A stretch of DNA of 64,000 nt from an uncultured Candidatus Saccharibacteria bacterium (GCA_964621395.1 CAZULS010000001.1:135920-199919); one strand, 5' to 3'. Shown: positions 18,802 through 29,363, counted from the first letter of the stretch. The notes: generated by a model not told the origin, from the sequence alone. Translations and numbers: made by a program.

Positions 18802-18817
18802 GAACTTGTTTTAATGT

Positions 18818-19180
18818 TTACGCTCCGAGTTCCGCTTCAATGGCATCGAGCTCCGCGTCGAGATTATCGAGGTCGGTTGTGTTGAGGTCTTCCTCAATGT
18901 CGGTGATGTCGGTTGACGTGCTCTGCTCTTCGGAAAGCGCCTCAAGTTGCGAGTCGGGAGCATTCAAGATATCTTCGACGGTAACGTCACCGGCTTCATA
19001 TTCACTCATACGTTCATCGATTTTTTGACCCCAGAAATAGAGTCCGCCGATGATAATCACAGCAACAATGAGAATGATACCGATTGCCGATCCCCATGAG
19101 CTCTTTTCTTCTGGAGCTGGTGTCGGAGGAGTGGTATTCTCTTGATTGAATTCTTGATTCATATTGGGTGTTGTCTCCAT
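18818..19180 (-). CDS. Hypothetical single-TM acidic protein
   Basis: One TM and an acidic C-terminus. Confidence 0.75.
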   Translation of the reverse strand: METTPNMNQEFNQENTTPPTPAPEEKSSWGSAIGIILIVAVIIIGGLYFWGQKIDERMSEYEAGDVTVEDILNAPDSQLEALSEEQSTSTDITDIEEDLNTTDLDNLDAELDAIEAELGA

Positions 19181-19205
19181 AGATGATTTGGTTATGAGAA
19201 TAATT

Positions 19206-19359
19206 ATACCATCCCCGATTCACCACTGCAAAGCACTTTTTCATCATTTCGAGCGAAAAACGAGTTGGAGCCCGAAACGTATCGAGATACGTTAAGGGCG
19301 AAACCGGTTTTCTCGCCGAAATGCTGGAACAGTGCGCAGAAGTGAATTGGGGCTGGTAT
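19206..19359 (-). mobile_element. Shorter rod-like palindromic element
   Basis: ATACCATCCCCGATTCAC..GTGAATTGGGGCTGGTAT; TCGCTCG core on the minus strand. Confidence 0.6.
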
Positions 19360-20414
19360 TATTCCGTATCACCGGATGTATTGCCTTTAAGGTGTCGAAT
19401 GGCTTCTTTCAAATCGGCGCGAGCCTCTCGTACTTCCTCGGCCGCTGCGCGAATTGCTTCTTTCACGATTGTGATGGATTCACGCGGAGTCTCTGTGGCA
19501 AGTGCATCTGCGGAGAGTGTTGCAACATCAGCAAGATATTCAGCTGCCGCCTCAAGGTGGTCGCGAGCGGCGTCAACCGATGTCTGCGCATCTGATGTAT
19601 CAATACCTTCGGACTCAAGGATGGCAATGCGCTCTAGAGTGCGGTCGGCAAGCTTCGAGAGGCGGTCGATGGCTGCATTGATACGGTCAATCAAACGAGC
19701 GATATAGGCATCGATCCGGTCTTTGGCGTTCTCTTTCAATTCCTCTTTCTTTTCTTCCCAATTCTCTTTAATTTCACCGCGTTTTTCTTCCACTTTTGCG
19801 CGTACTTCATCCAAACGATTCTTCACGTCTTCCTTCTTCTCGGCGATATGCGTGCATCGTTCTTCAACGTCTGTGCAGGTTACTTCGTCGATTTTCACAC
19901 ATTCATTTGTGTGTGCGGCATCTGTTGTGGTTGTGGTGTCTTCGGAAAGCTCTTCACATTTTGCTTTGAGCTTCTCTTTTACTTCTTCACAAGTGGTGGT
20001 ATCGGAACACGCGGCAATAATCCAACGAGGGATTTCTGAGAGATGGTCATGAGCTTTTGTCTTGATGGCCTCAATACGGTCGGCATGTGATTCTTTTACG
20101 TCTTGCATGCGTTCTTTTGCCGCCTCAACGGCATTGTGCATGTGTTCGCGGTGGTTCTTTACTGCTTCTATCGGACGTACTTTTTGTACAGATGGAGTTC
20201 CATCGGGCTTTCCCGCATTTCCCGGAGTGTGTCCTCTCCCTGTCGACGGAACAGAGCCGTCTTCGGTAGAGATTGGCATGACCTGAGCCTGATCGGCATG
20301 TGTTTTTACAGCTCTGTTGGGTGCTCCGGCGGCATCGGTGGGTGGATATACCGCATGCGCGGTTGGCGCCACAAGAAGCGCGGCGAGTGTAAGTGTGATG
20401 AATGTATGTTTCAT
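19359..20414 (-). CDS. Secreted coiled-coil hypothetical protein
   Basis: Signal peptide (AHA cleavage), Cys-containing middle, helical C-terminus. Confidence 0.78.
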   Translation of the reverse strand: MKHTFITLTLAALLVAPTAHAVYPPTDAAGAPNRAVKTHADQAQVMPISTEDGSVPSTGRGHTPGNAGKPDGTPSVQKVRPIEAVKNHREHMHNAVEAAKERMQDVKESHADRIEAIKTKAHDHLSEIPRWIIAACSDTTTCEEVKEKLKAKCEELSEDTTTTTDAAHTNECVKIDEVTCTDVEERCTHIAEKKEDVKNRLDEVRAKVEEKRGEIKENWEEKKEELKENAKDRIDAYIARLIDRINAAIDRLSKLADRTLERIAILESEGIDTSDAQTSVDAARDHLEAAAEYLADVATLSADALATETPRESITIVKEAIRAAAEEVREARADLKEAIRHLKGNTSGDTE

Positions 20415-20451
20415 AGTATTGAATATATGTGTCTTCTGACAATTATGACAT

Positions 20452-20519
20452 TAGAACCAGTCCCATTGAAAACGTGAAAAAAGAAGATTACATTCACGTT
20501 TTCAATGGGACTGGTTCTA
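20452..20519. repeat. Collapsed palindromic element (ends only)
   Basis: TAGAACCAGTCCCATTGAAAACGTGAA IR, related to the ends of 23871-24069. Confidence 0.7.
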
Positions 20520-20603
20520 GTATATCAGAAATCGGGAATCGTCCATAATCGGTGTGTATAGCCACGAAACATCCCCCTTCAGGGGGATTTTTCGTGGCAA
20601 GTA

Positions 20604-21134
20604 TTACTCACCGTATTTCTCGCGATACAAATCAAAGGAATGCTGTACTGCTTCCACGGCCGCTTCACGACCCTTCCATTCGTCCACTTCCACCTTCTTC
20701 TTCTCAAGATCTTTGTATACGGAGTAGAAATGTTTTGTCTCTGAGAGCAGGTGCGGTTCAAGGTCGGAGATGTCTTTAGTGTTCGCGAAGCGCGGATCCG
20801 TTACCGGTACCGCCAACACTTTCGCATCACCGTCACCATCGTCTTTCATGTCGAGTACTCCGATGACACGCGCTTCCACAAGTGCTCCCGGCACAATCTC
20901 TTCGTGCGCAAGCACAAGCACATCAAGCGGGTCGCCGTCTTCCCAGAGGCTGCGGGGCACAAAACCATAATTGGTCGGATAGTGCATGGGGGAGTAAAGC
21001 ACACGGTCAAATTGAATGAGCCCGGTGTCTTTGTCGAGTTCGTATTTTACGCGCGAGCGTTTTGGGATTTCAATGATTACATTGACTTCGTCGGGAGTGT
21101 TTTTCCCGGCGGAAACATCATGCCAGAGATTCAT
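20604..21134 (-). CDS. ppa: Inorganic pyrophosphatase (family I)
   Basis: IEIPK..KYE, YPTNYGFVP, DGDPLDV. Confidence 0.95.
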   Translation of the reverse strand: MNLWHDVSAGKNTPDEVNVIIEIPKRSRVKYELDKDTGLIQFDRVLYSPMHYPTNYGFVPRSLWEDGDPLDVLVLAHEEIVPGALVEARVIGVLDMKDDGDGDAKVLAVPVTDPRFANTKDISDLEPHLLSETKHFYSVYKDLEKKKVEVDEWKGREAAVEAVQHSFDLYREKYGE

Positions 21135-21285
21135 ATTTAATGAGAATGACGAATTAAGAATAATGAATGAAGAATATATGAAGCATAGCGCGAGAAAAGG
21201 TAGGGTGCAAGGGGTATGGACTCCAAATGTACGAATAGATACAAATCTACAAATGGTACGAATGGGCACAAATACTTCCTTTGTT

Positions 21286-21368
21286 GTCATTCCCAACTTG
21301 ATTGGGAATCTTCGTTGTTTTGTTTCTGAGAATTATTTGAGAAGATTCTGAATCAAGTTCAGAATGAC
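21286..21368. repeat. GTCATTCC..GATC REP-like palindrome pair
   Basis: Family also at 3415, 21398, 26060, 34913-35101, 40403-40512, 43605-43735, 45359, 46531, 47298, 49675-49960, 53515-53582, 61876-61965, 63810-63885. Confidence 0.8.
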
Positions 21369-21526
21369 AAGTAACAACCCCTATAAGCCACATATCTGTC
21401 ATTCCCGACTCGATTGGGAATCTTCGTTGTTTTGTTTTCGAAAAAACAGAACCCCCGAACAAAATTGTCAGGGGTTCGAGGCTGCGCCAGCTTTTGAGCT
21501 TGCAGCCTTGCCTTATGGTAACCGAG

Positions 21527-21655
21527 TTATTCGCGCTGGTCAGCGAATATGGTGTGGTCGGCACCGGCGGCAGCTGAGGCAATAGTGGTATTTTTTTCTC
21601 CAAAAGGTTCAGCGGCATGGCCGAACGGAGGTGAGTGGGTACAAAGCTTTTTCAT
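21527..21655 (-). CDS. Putative 42-aa small protein
   Basis: GAGGAG SD, TTGACA promoter near 21832, terminator near 21446-21477. Confidence 0.45.
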   Translation of the reverse strand: MKKLCTHSPPFGHAAEPFGEKNTTIASAAAGADHTIFADQRE

Positions 21656-22080
21656 AAGCTTATCTCCTCATCTTTTTGAGTTAATCCGCAATCCTACAAT
21701 GGAACATGCGGAAAAAATGCTTACAGAAACACACTACCAAAGAACACATTGTCCCCTATATCCTGGTAAGATAAGACAAAGTTGGAACCAATCAATTGAC
21801 CCCTATTATATACCACTCAAAATATTTGTCAAGCGCATTTTGGGATTTTTTGTACAAAAAGCCAATTTCAACCTTATTTTCCAACATATTTCATGAAAAT
21901 AAAAAACACGGCGGAGCGCGAGCCCCGCCGTGTTTTCCTGGTAAACTGCTCGAAAGCTCGCCCTGTTTTCTTAATATGGCATGTCGTGAAATGTGGCTTA
22001 AACCATATTACCTTATCTTGCTAAAAAACAGCGGGGCTTTGAGCCCCGCCGTTTTCTTTTTGTGTGGTCTTTGTTATTTT

Positions 22081-23583
22081 TTACTGCTCTTTCTTCTCGT
22101 TGTCTTCGTCAGATTTTTCCTCATTAAGTTCTTCTTCCTCCGCGACAGCGTCTTCCACGTCTTCCGGTGATGTGCCTTCGGTGTCGTCGATGCTTTGTTC
22201 GCTTTCTTCGTCGTGCGCACCTTCCTCCTCTTCAGAGCCCATTTCTTCCACCGCTTCCTCAGAAACTGTTTCTTCGTTATCATTCATTGCGCTTTCGAGC
22301 GCGTCTTCAAGATTATGCTCTACCACCTCATCCTTGACCGATTGCGCTTCGGCGGAGTCTAGGTCGGCTTGCATTTCGTCGAGTACCTCATCTTCCGTGG
22401 TGCCGTCTTCGCCTTCGATATCGATATTCCATCCGGTGAGTTTCACTGCGAGACGCGCATTTTGTCCTCCCTTCCCGATAGCGAGTGAAAGCTGATCGGA
22501 CGGGACAATCACCTTTGCGTATTTACTCTCTTCATCCACTTCCGTATCAATCACCTTTGCGGGAGAGAGTGCGGCAGCAACAAATTCTGCAGGATTCTCG
22601 CTCCAAAGAATGATGTCGATTTTTTCTCCGGCGAGTTCGTTCATAATGGTGGACACACGCACACCGCGCTGACCGACACATGCGCCAATCGGATCGACCG
22701 AATCGTCTACCGAGTGCACGGCAATCTTCGAGCGATTGCCCGGTTCGCGCGCAATGGATTTAATTTCCACGGTTTCATTTGCCACTTCCGGTGCTTCCAC
22801 GGCAAAGAGTTCGCGAAGGAGTTCCGGATGGGTGCGCGACAGGCGAATGGAAACACCGCGCGGTGTTTCCATCACATCGTAGATATATGCCTTGATACGT
22901 GCACCCTGACGATAATGCTCGCCCGGGATTTGTTCTTCATACGGCATGATACCGGTTGCACGTGCAAGATCCACAAAGACATTGCCGCGCTCCACACGCT
23001 GCACGATACCGGAGACAACCTCGCCTTTGCGATCTGCGTATTCGTCTAAGACAGACTCTTTCTCCGCCTCGCGGATTTTCTGAATAATCACTTGCTTTGC
23101 TGTTTGGGCGGCGATGCGTCCATAGTCTTCTTTCGCTTCAAGCGGGAAGATCATCTCATCATCAAGAGACACGCCTTTCTTAATGCGTTGCGCGTCTTCA
23201 ATCATGATGTGGCGTTCCGGATTAAAGAGAGGGAGCACTTCTTCTTCGTCCTCGGCCGATCGAGCATCGCTTTCGCCCGCAGGCGAAAGCGATGCTCGAT
23301 TTAGGCTTCGCTTATCATTTTCCGGTACGGGAATTTCATCCTCATCCTCTTCAGACGGCATGCGCACGGTGGATTCGTCCACAACGATTTTCACCTGCTC
23401 AAAAGACACGCTGCCCGTTTCCGGATCAAACGCGGCGCGCACGATTTGGTCTTTTTTGCCGTAGTCTTTTTTGTATGCAGCGGCAACAGCCTGTTCAATG
23501 GCTTCCATGATTTTCTCGCGCGAAATCCCGCGCTCTTCTTCGAGCTGCGACAACGCGGAGTTGAATACTTTGATGTCAAACAT
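22081..23583 (-). CDS. nusA: Transcription termination/antitermination factor NusA
   Basis: YGRIAAQTAKQVI, S1 domain, KH (AIGKGGQNARLA); acidic tail; palindromic insert at 23254-23306. Confidence 0.96.
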   Translation of the reverse strand: MFDIKVFNSALSQLEEERGISREKIMEAIEQAVAAAYKKDYGKKDQIVRAAFDPETGSVSFEQVKIVVDESTVRMPSEEDEDEIPVPENDKRSLNRASLSPAGESDARSAEDEEEVLPLFNPERHIMIEDAQRIKKGVSLDDEMIFPLEAKEDYGRIAAQTAKQVIIQKIREAEKESVLDEYADRKGEVVSGIVQRVERGNVFVDLARATGIMPYEEQIPGEHYRQGARIKAYIYDVMETPRGVSIRLSRTHPELLRELFAVEAPEVANETVEIKSIAREPGNRSKIAVHSVDDSVDPIGACVGQRGVRVSTIMNELAGEKIDIILWSENPAEFVAAALSPAKVIDTEVDEESKYAKVIVPSDQLSLAIGKGGQNARLAVKLTGWNIDIEGEDGTTEDEVLDEMQADLDSAEAQSVKDEVVEHNLEDALESAMNDNEETVSEEAVEEMGSEEEEGAHDEESEQSIDDTEGTSPEDVEDAVAEEEELNEEKSDEDNEKKEQ

Positions 23584-23870
23584 AATAGTAAGTGTTAGGA
23601 GATTAATGATTAGGAGACTAAAAGAATGCAATCTCTTATTTTTAATATTTAATTTCCTAATGGCTAATCTCCTTTTATTAAAAATACCGGTGCACAAAGC
23701 ATCGGTCATCGTGAATACAGTATATCGCATGCAAGAGAAAAGTCAAGCGAGATGTTCCCTCGCCTTCATTTGTCTATAACGAAATACGTATCATGCCGAG
23801 GTTATATGTTTTTATACACACGCATAACCGATATTTCAGGTGTGTGTCTGATATACTATATATGAATACA

Positions 23871-24069
23871 TAGAACCAGTCTCACTGAAAACGTGAAAAA
23901 AATAAGAAGATCGTATTCAAGAGCTTCGCTTGACAGTTCTCGCACCCACACCGCGGCTGCACCTTGTCGCTCAACCGCACCGCACGAGAAGTGCGGCACG
24001 GTCTCCGCGACATCGGTTCGCTCGCGGTGTGGGTGCGAGAACAAGCCATTTTCAGTGAGACTGGTTCTA
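23871..24069 (+). mobile_element. ~200-bp rod-like palindromic element
   Basis: Perfect TAGAACCAGTCTCACTGAAAA IR; homologous to 59423-59620. Confidence 0.8.
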
Positions 24070-24088
24070 GATAAAAATTTTATATTCC

Positions 24089-25843
24089 ATGCATGCCGAT
24101 GAAACACAATTGAAAACATTTATTGTTGATTCCGGACTTATTGCCGCAGACGATCTCCTTGCGGCGGAGAAGAAGGCCAAAAAAGGGAAAAAGGCGCTCA
24201 AGGAGGTAATTCTCTCTGAAGGGCTGCTTTCGGAAGACGATCTGAGACGAGTGGAGGCGCATGTCTTTGGTATTCCCTTTGTGAATCTGAAAAATCATAA
24301 GATTGATTTTGAACTCCTTTCACTTATTCCGGAACCGATTGCGCGACGTCACAATATTATCGCCTTCAAAAAAGGAGAGGGTTCTTTGGAGGTTGCCATG
24401 CTTGATACCGATGATCTGGCAGCTATTGATTTCATCAAAAAGAAGGTGGGACTGAAAATATTGCCGCGTATTACCGATACGGCATCAATTAAGTCGGCAC
24501 TGTTGCAGTATCAAAAAAACCTCAAGGCTGAATTTGGCGACATGATTAAGGAAGAAGCAGAGGTTCTGAAGGCGGTACCGGAAAGTAAAGAAGGAGAACA
24601 GCTTTCAGAGGGTGATTTGAAAAAACTCGCTGAAGATTTACCGGTGGTGAAAATTGTCGATTCGCTCTTGAAACATGCCATTGTGCAAAATGCCTCCGAT
24701 ATTCATATTGAGCCGCAGGAAAAGGAACTTCTCATTCGCTATCGTATCGATGGTATTCTCCACGATGCCATGGTGTTGCCGAAGGCTGCGGGTCCCGGTA
24801 TTGCCGCTCGCGTAAAAGTGCTTTCAGATCTCAAACTTGATGAAAAGCGCTTGCCGCAGGATGGCCGTTTTAAAATCATCCAGAATGAAGAGAAGGTGTC
24901 GTTTCGTGTGTCCACCATCCCGACCGCTTTTGGCGAAAAAACAGTGATGCGACTTCTCCGTGAGCGCTCAAGTGGCTTCACGCTCGAGACACTCGGTTTT
25001 CACGGGGTGGGTGAAGAGCGTATTCAAGAAGCAACACGGCAAAAGACCGGTATGATTCTTGTGACCGGACCGACAGGATCGGGAAAGACGACAACGCTCT
25101 ACACCATTCTTGATATTTTGAATACTCCGGAAGTAAATATTTCCACGGTAGAAGACCCGATTGAGTATCAGGTGCCGCGCATCAATCAGACACAAGTGCG
25201 GCCGGATATTGGTTTTACCTTTTCAAAAGGATTGCGTGCGCTCGTGCGTCAGGACCCGGACATCATTCTTGTGGGCGAGATTCGTGACACCGAAACGGCA
25301 AGTCTTGGTGTGAACGCTGCCCTTACCGGTCATTTGGTGCTTTCCACGCTCCACACCAATTCCGCCGGTGGCACCATTCCGCGTATGCTTGAGATGGACG
25401 TGGAATCTTTTCTCCTTGTCTCCACAGTGAATGTTATTATCGGGCAGCGACTCGTGAGAAAACTCTGCGACACGAAAGAAAAATATTTCTTGACCAAGAG
25501 TGAAATTACGCAGCTTGGCGAAGAAGCGAATCTTGATTTGGTGATGACATACCTCAAGGAGGAGAAGGTGGTCGATGCGAAGGCAACATGGGAAAAGATT
25601 CCGTTTTATAAGCCAAAGAAGAGTGCACAGAGTGAAAGTGGATATTCCGGACGTATCGGTATTCATGAAATCTTACGCATGTCTGATGGTATCCGCACTC
25701 TTGTCATGGCAGACGCGACAGCTCATGAGATTCAAGAGCAGGCGCGGAAAGAAGGTATGATGACAATGCTTGAAGACGGTATCTTTAAGGCGGCGGCAGG
25801 AACAACGAGTATTGAGGAAGTGCTTCGCGTTGTGTCGGAATAA
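24089..25843 (+). CDS. pilB: Type IV pilus assembly ATPase PilB/GspE
   Basis: ASDIHIEP, RLPQDGR, GPTGSGKTT, RQDPDIILVGEIRD, STLHTN. Confidence 0.93.
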   Translation: MHADETQLKTFIVDSGLIAADDLLAAEKKAKKGKKALKEVILSEGLLSEDDLRRVEAHVFGIPFVNLKNHKIDFELLSLIPEPIARRHNIIAFKKGEGSLEVAMLDTDDLAAIDFIKKKVGLKILPRITDTASIKSALLQYQKNLKAEFGDMIKEEAEVLKAVPESKEGEQLSEGDLKKLAEDLPVVKIVDSLLKHAIVQNASDIHIEPQEKELLIRYRIDGILHDAMVLPKAAGPGIAARVKVLSDLKLDEKRLPQDGRFKIIQNEEKVSFRVSTIPTAFGEKTVMRLLRERSSGFTLETLGFHGVGEERIQEATRQKTGMILVTGPTGSGKTTTLYTILDILNTPEVNISTVEDPIEYQVPRINQTQVRPDIGFTFSKGLRALVRQDPDIILVGEIRDTETASLGVNAALTGHLVLSTLHTNSAGGTIPRMLEMDVESFLLVSTVNVIIGQRLVRKLCDTKEKYFLTKSEITQLGEEANLDLVMTYLKEEKVVDAKATWEKIPFYKPKKSAQSESGYSGRIGIHEILRMSDGIRTLVMADATAHEIQEQARKEGMMTMLEDGIFKAAAGTTSIEEVLRVVSE

Positions 25844-25846
25844 AAC

Positions 25847-26035
25847 ATTACGAATAACGAATAACGCGAATATACGAATACACAATCATACCATTCTTGA
25901 CTCACGTATATGTCTGTCGCTATACGCTGTACCGAAACACCACAAAGAAACAATATTGACGCTACATGTTAATCGTAAGTCCGAAGCAGAGAAGCGACCC
26001 ATTCGTATATTCGCATCATATTCGTAATTCGTAAT
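25847..26035 (+). repeat. ~188-bp ACGAAT-ended element, copy 1
   Basis: ATTACGAAT..ATTCGTAAT ends, conserved interior. Confidence 0.85.
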
Positions 26036-26158
26036 TGTTCGTAACTAAAAACACACGAAGATCCTGAATCAAGTTCAGGATGACATCGAAAGTGGTTTAT
26101 ATGTCAAAAATCAGATTCGTATGTTCGTACCGATTCGTAATTCGTAATTTGTTTATCC

Positions 26159-27376
26159 ATGCAGTTTACCTATACCACCATTAATAAGGAAGGGGAGCGG
26201 GAAGAAGGGCGTGCCTATGCGTCTGACAAATTTGCGCTTTCAGCACTTCTGAAAAAAGAAGGGAAAACACTTGTCTCCGCCGAAGAGGTGAAGAAGGGAG
26301 TGTTTTCTTCGATGAAGAATATCGCTCTCTTTAAGCGTATCTCAATGGATGAAAAGATTATGTTTGCGCACAACCTCGCAGCCATGACGCGCGCAGGACT
26401 TTCTCTCTCGCGGACACTTTCCATTCTTGAGCGGCAAAGTACGAATACACGTTTTAAGGAAGTAATGAATGCTCTTGCCGAGACGATTAAAAAGGGAGGA
26501 ACATTGGCCGATGCACTGCGGGAATTTCCCACAGAGTTTTCGCCGCTCTTTGTCTCTATGGTGCATGCCGGTGAAGAATCGGGCGGCTTGGCTGATGCGC
26601 TCGAAGTGGTGGGAACACAAATGAAAAAGAATCATGAGCTTGTAAAGAAGGTAAAGGGTGCCATGATTTATCCGTCGATCGTGATTGGGGTGATGGTACT
26701 TGTCGGGATAGTGATGATTGTGAAGGTGGTGCCAACACTCACGGCGACATTTGTTGAACTCGATGTTGAGTTGCCTGCTGCGACAAAGATTTTGATCGCT
26801 GTCTCTGACGCACTGCGAGACCATTTCCTTCTTGTGCTCTCCGGGGGAGTACTTCTCATTCTTCTTTTTGTATACGCAATGAAAACACAACGCGGTCGGG
26901 AGATTAAAGATGCGCTGTTGCTCCGCATGCCTCTTATCGGTGGTTTTGTCCGAGAATTCAATGCCGCACGCACAGCACGCACACTCTCTTCTCTTCTCTC
27001 TTCAGGGGTTGATATCGTTCAGTCGCTTGTCATCACGCGTGATGTGATTCAAAACACGCAATTTAAGAACACAGTGAGCAGCGCTTCGGAACGTATCCAA
27101 AAAGGCATACTGCTTTCCGTGCTCTTTTCCGAGGAAAAGGCAGGTGCACTCTATCCGATTTTGTTTTCCGAAATGATTGCCGTGGGAGAGGAGACGGGAA
27201 AAGTATCTGATATGCTTGAAGAAGTGGCGCTGTATTATGAAGGTGAGGTGGAAGCGGCAACGAAAAATATGTCGACGATTGTTGAGCCGATTCTCATGCT
27301 CATTGTGGGTGTTGTGGTGGGATTTTTCGCTCTTGCCATGATTACACCGATGTATAGCGTCATGAGCGGAATATAA
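26159..27376 (+). CDS. pilC: Type IV pilus platform protein PilC/GspF
   Basis: AGEESG, GAMIYP, VGEETG, EPILML. Confidence 0.93.
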   Translation: MQFTYTTINKEGEREEGRAYASDKFALSALLKKEGKTLVSAEEVKKGVFSSMKNIALFKRISMDEKIMFAHNLAAMTRAGLSLSRTLSILERQSTNTRFKEVMNALAETIKKGGTLADALREFPTEFSPLFVSMVHAGEESGGLADALEVVGTQMKKNHELVKKVKGAMIYPSIVIGVMVLVGIVMIVKVVPTLTATFVELDVELPAATKILIAVSDALRDHFLLVLSGGVLLILLFVYAMKTQRGREIKDALLLRMPLIGGFVREFNAARTARTLSSLLSSGVDIVQSLVITRDVIQNTQFKNTVSSASERIQKGILLSVLFSEEKAGALYPILFSEMIAVGEETGKVSDMLEEVALYYEGEVEAATKNMSTIVEPILMLIVGVVVGFFALAMITPMYSVMSGI

Positions 27377-27565
27377 ATTACGAATGACGAATAACGCGAA
27401 TATACGAATACACAATCGTACCATTCTTGGCTTACGTATATGTCTGTTACTATACGTTGTACCGAAACACCATAAAGAAATATTATTAGTGCTAAATGCT
27501 AATCGTAAGCCCGAAGCAGAAAGAATACCCTTTCGTAGATTCGTATCATATTCGTAATTCGTAAT
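27377..27565 (+). repeat. ~188-bp ACGAAT-ended element, copy 2
   Basis: Highly similar to copy 1. Confidence 0.85.
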
Positions 27566-27581
27566 ATAAAGAGAAGTATTT

Positions 27582-29363
27582 ATGTCAGAAAACTTCCTCA
27601 AACCATATATAGCAAGACGAAAGGACAAAGGGATGAATCTTTCCCGTGGGTTTACCTTCATCGATATTCTCATTGGCATGGCGCTGATGTTGATTGTGTT
27701 TGTTTCTCTCGTCGGCGTGTTTCGTATGAGTATCGGCGTCATCGTACAGAGCAAGGCGCGAGTGGGTGCCCTTGCGCTGGTCCAGGAACGAGTGGAATTT
27801 CTCCGAAGTCTTTCATACGACGAGGTGGCAACGGAGAATGGTATCCCCGAAGGATCTCTTAAGCAAGAAGAAGCAATTACGCTTAACGGTATTCTCTACG
27901 AAAGACGTACGTTTGTGCAATATGTGGACGCACCCCAAGACGGTACGGGAAATGATGATGAGAATAATGTCCCCACCGATTATAAGGTTGCCAAAGTGGA
28001 AGTTTCTTGGACGGTGAGCGGCGTTGAAAAGAGCGTGGCGGCTGTCACCAATGTGATGCCACCCGGTATTGAAACCAATGAAGGGGGTGGGACGCTCATC
28101 ATCGAAGTGTTTGACGCTCTTTCCTCGCCCGTACAAGGAGCGACGGTGCATATCGTAAACACAAACATTGCTCCGGCGGTAGACGTGGAGGTTTCTACCA
28201 ATGAGAATGGACGGGTGATGTTTCCGGGAAGTCCGTCGGCAAACGACTATGAAATGACTGTGACAAAAAACGGATATAATTCAGCACAAACACGCGATGT
28301 AACCGCCGAGTTGCCTGTGCCGCTTCCCGGGCATGTGTCTGTTTTGGAAGGAGAAACAACAGAGGTAAGCTTTGCCATCGACCTTTTGGGGAGTTTGCGC
28401 ATTGATACGTGGCTGCCCATATTGCCGTATGTGTGGGAAGATACAATGGATACAACAGCACAGATGCAGTTCTTCAACCAAATCGCGCTTTCCTTCGGCA
28501 GTGTGGCCCTGGGAGACAGTGGTCATGGATATTATACAAACGGATCAATCATGTCTGAGGACATAACGCATACGTATCTTGATTCTTGGGATGCGTTTTC
28601 CTGGAGCGACACAACGCCTCCCGGTACCACTATTCTGTACCATGTGTACGATGCCGATACGGATACGCGTATTCCCGATGTGGTGCTTCCGGGAAATGCG
28701 GCAGGATTTTCTTCTTCTCCGGTGTCGCTATCTCTCCTTGCGCCTGAAACATACACAACGCTTTCTGTGGAAGCTCTTTTTGAAACATCTGCAACGAGCA
28801 CAACACCCGCGCTTCATGAATGGAGTGTATCATATGAAGCCGGACCAATTCCCGTGGGAGACGTACCATTTTCTCTTTCAGGAACAAAGTCTATCGGTTT
28901 TGACGGCGAGGGAGAACCGGTACTTGCCTACGATACCAATCAGGTAACAGATGCAAACGGTAACATCGTCATCGATCTTCTGACGTGGGATACGTATACG
29001 GTTATCGTTGATGATGATGCGTCGGGATACGATGTACGGGCATTGTGTCCGGAGGCACCGTTTGGAGTTGATCCCGGTGAGAATGAAGAAGTGGATATCT
29101 ATCTTGCGCCCGATACACAGCACTCTCTTCGAGTGATTGTCTATACGACTGAGCCGGCACCGGCAGCAGGTGTGGATGTGGAGCTTTCACGGAGTGGATT
29201 TTCCGCGGAAGAAACAACCGACTCATGTGGACAGGCCTTTTTTGCAGATCTTGTCTCTTCAAGTAATTATGTTCTCAGTGTGGACGATTCTCCCTTTGGT
29301 ACTGGAACGGTGAGCGATGTGTCGGTGGATGGTGTGTCGTTTGAAGAGGTGTGGTTGGAGTAG
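27582..29363 (+). CDS. Prepilin-type protein with beta-sandwich (carboxypeptidase-regulatory-like) domains
   Basis: SRG|FTFIDIL cleavage-like motif plus hydrophobic helix; alternative start 27633. Confidence 0.8.
   Translation: MSENFLKPYIARRKDKGMNLSRGFTFIDILIGMALMLIVFVSLVGVFRMSIGVIVQSKARVGALALVQERVEFLRSLSYDEVATENGIPEGSLKQEEAITLNGILYERRTFVQYVDAPQDGTGNDDENNVPTDYKVAKVEVSWTVSGVEKSVAAVTNVMPPGIETNEGGGTLIIEVFDALSSPVQGATVHIVNTNIAPAVDVEVSTNENGRVMFPGSPSANDYEMTVTKNGYNSAQTRDVTAELPVPLPGHVSVLEGETTEVSFAIDLLGSLRIDTWLPILPYVWEDTMDTTAQMQFFNQIALSFGSVALGDSGHGYYTNGSIMSEDITHTYLDSWDAFSWSDTTPPGTTILYHVYDADTDTRIPDVVLPGNAAGFSSSPVSLSLLAPETYTTLSVEALFETSATSTTPALHEWSVSYEAGPIPVGDVPFSLSGTKSIGFDGEGEPVLAYDTNQVTDANGNIVIDLLTWDTYTVIVDDDASGYDVRALCPEAPFGVDPGENEEVDIYLAPDTQHSLRVIVYTTEPAPAAGVDVELSRSGFSAEETTDSCGQAFFADLVSSSNYVLSVDDSPFGTGTVSDVSVDGVSFEEVWLE

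Noticed and set aside
20604-23730. N-terminal extensions of Ppa and NusA in the ORF track (also rplE, HU, DUF378)
   Set aside because: The extensions run through repeats or intergenic DNA; downstream ATGs match family starts.
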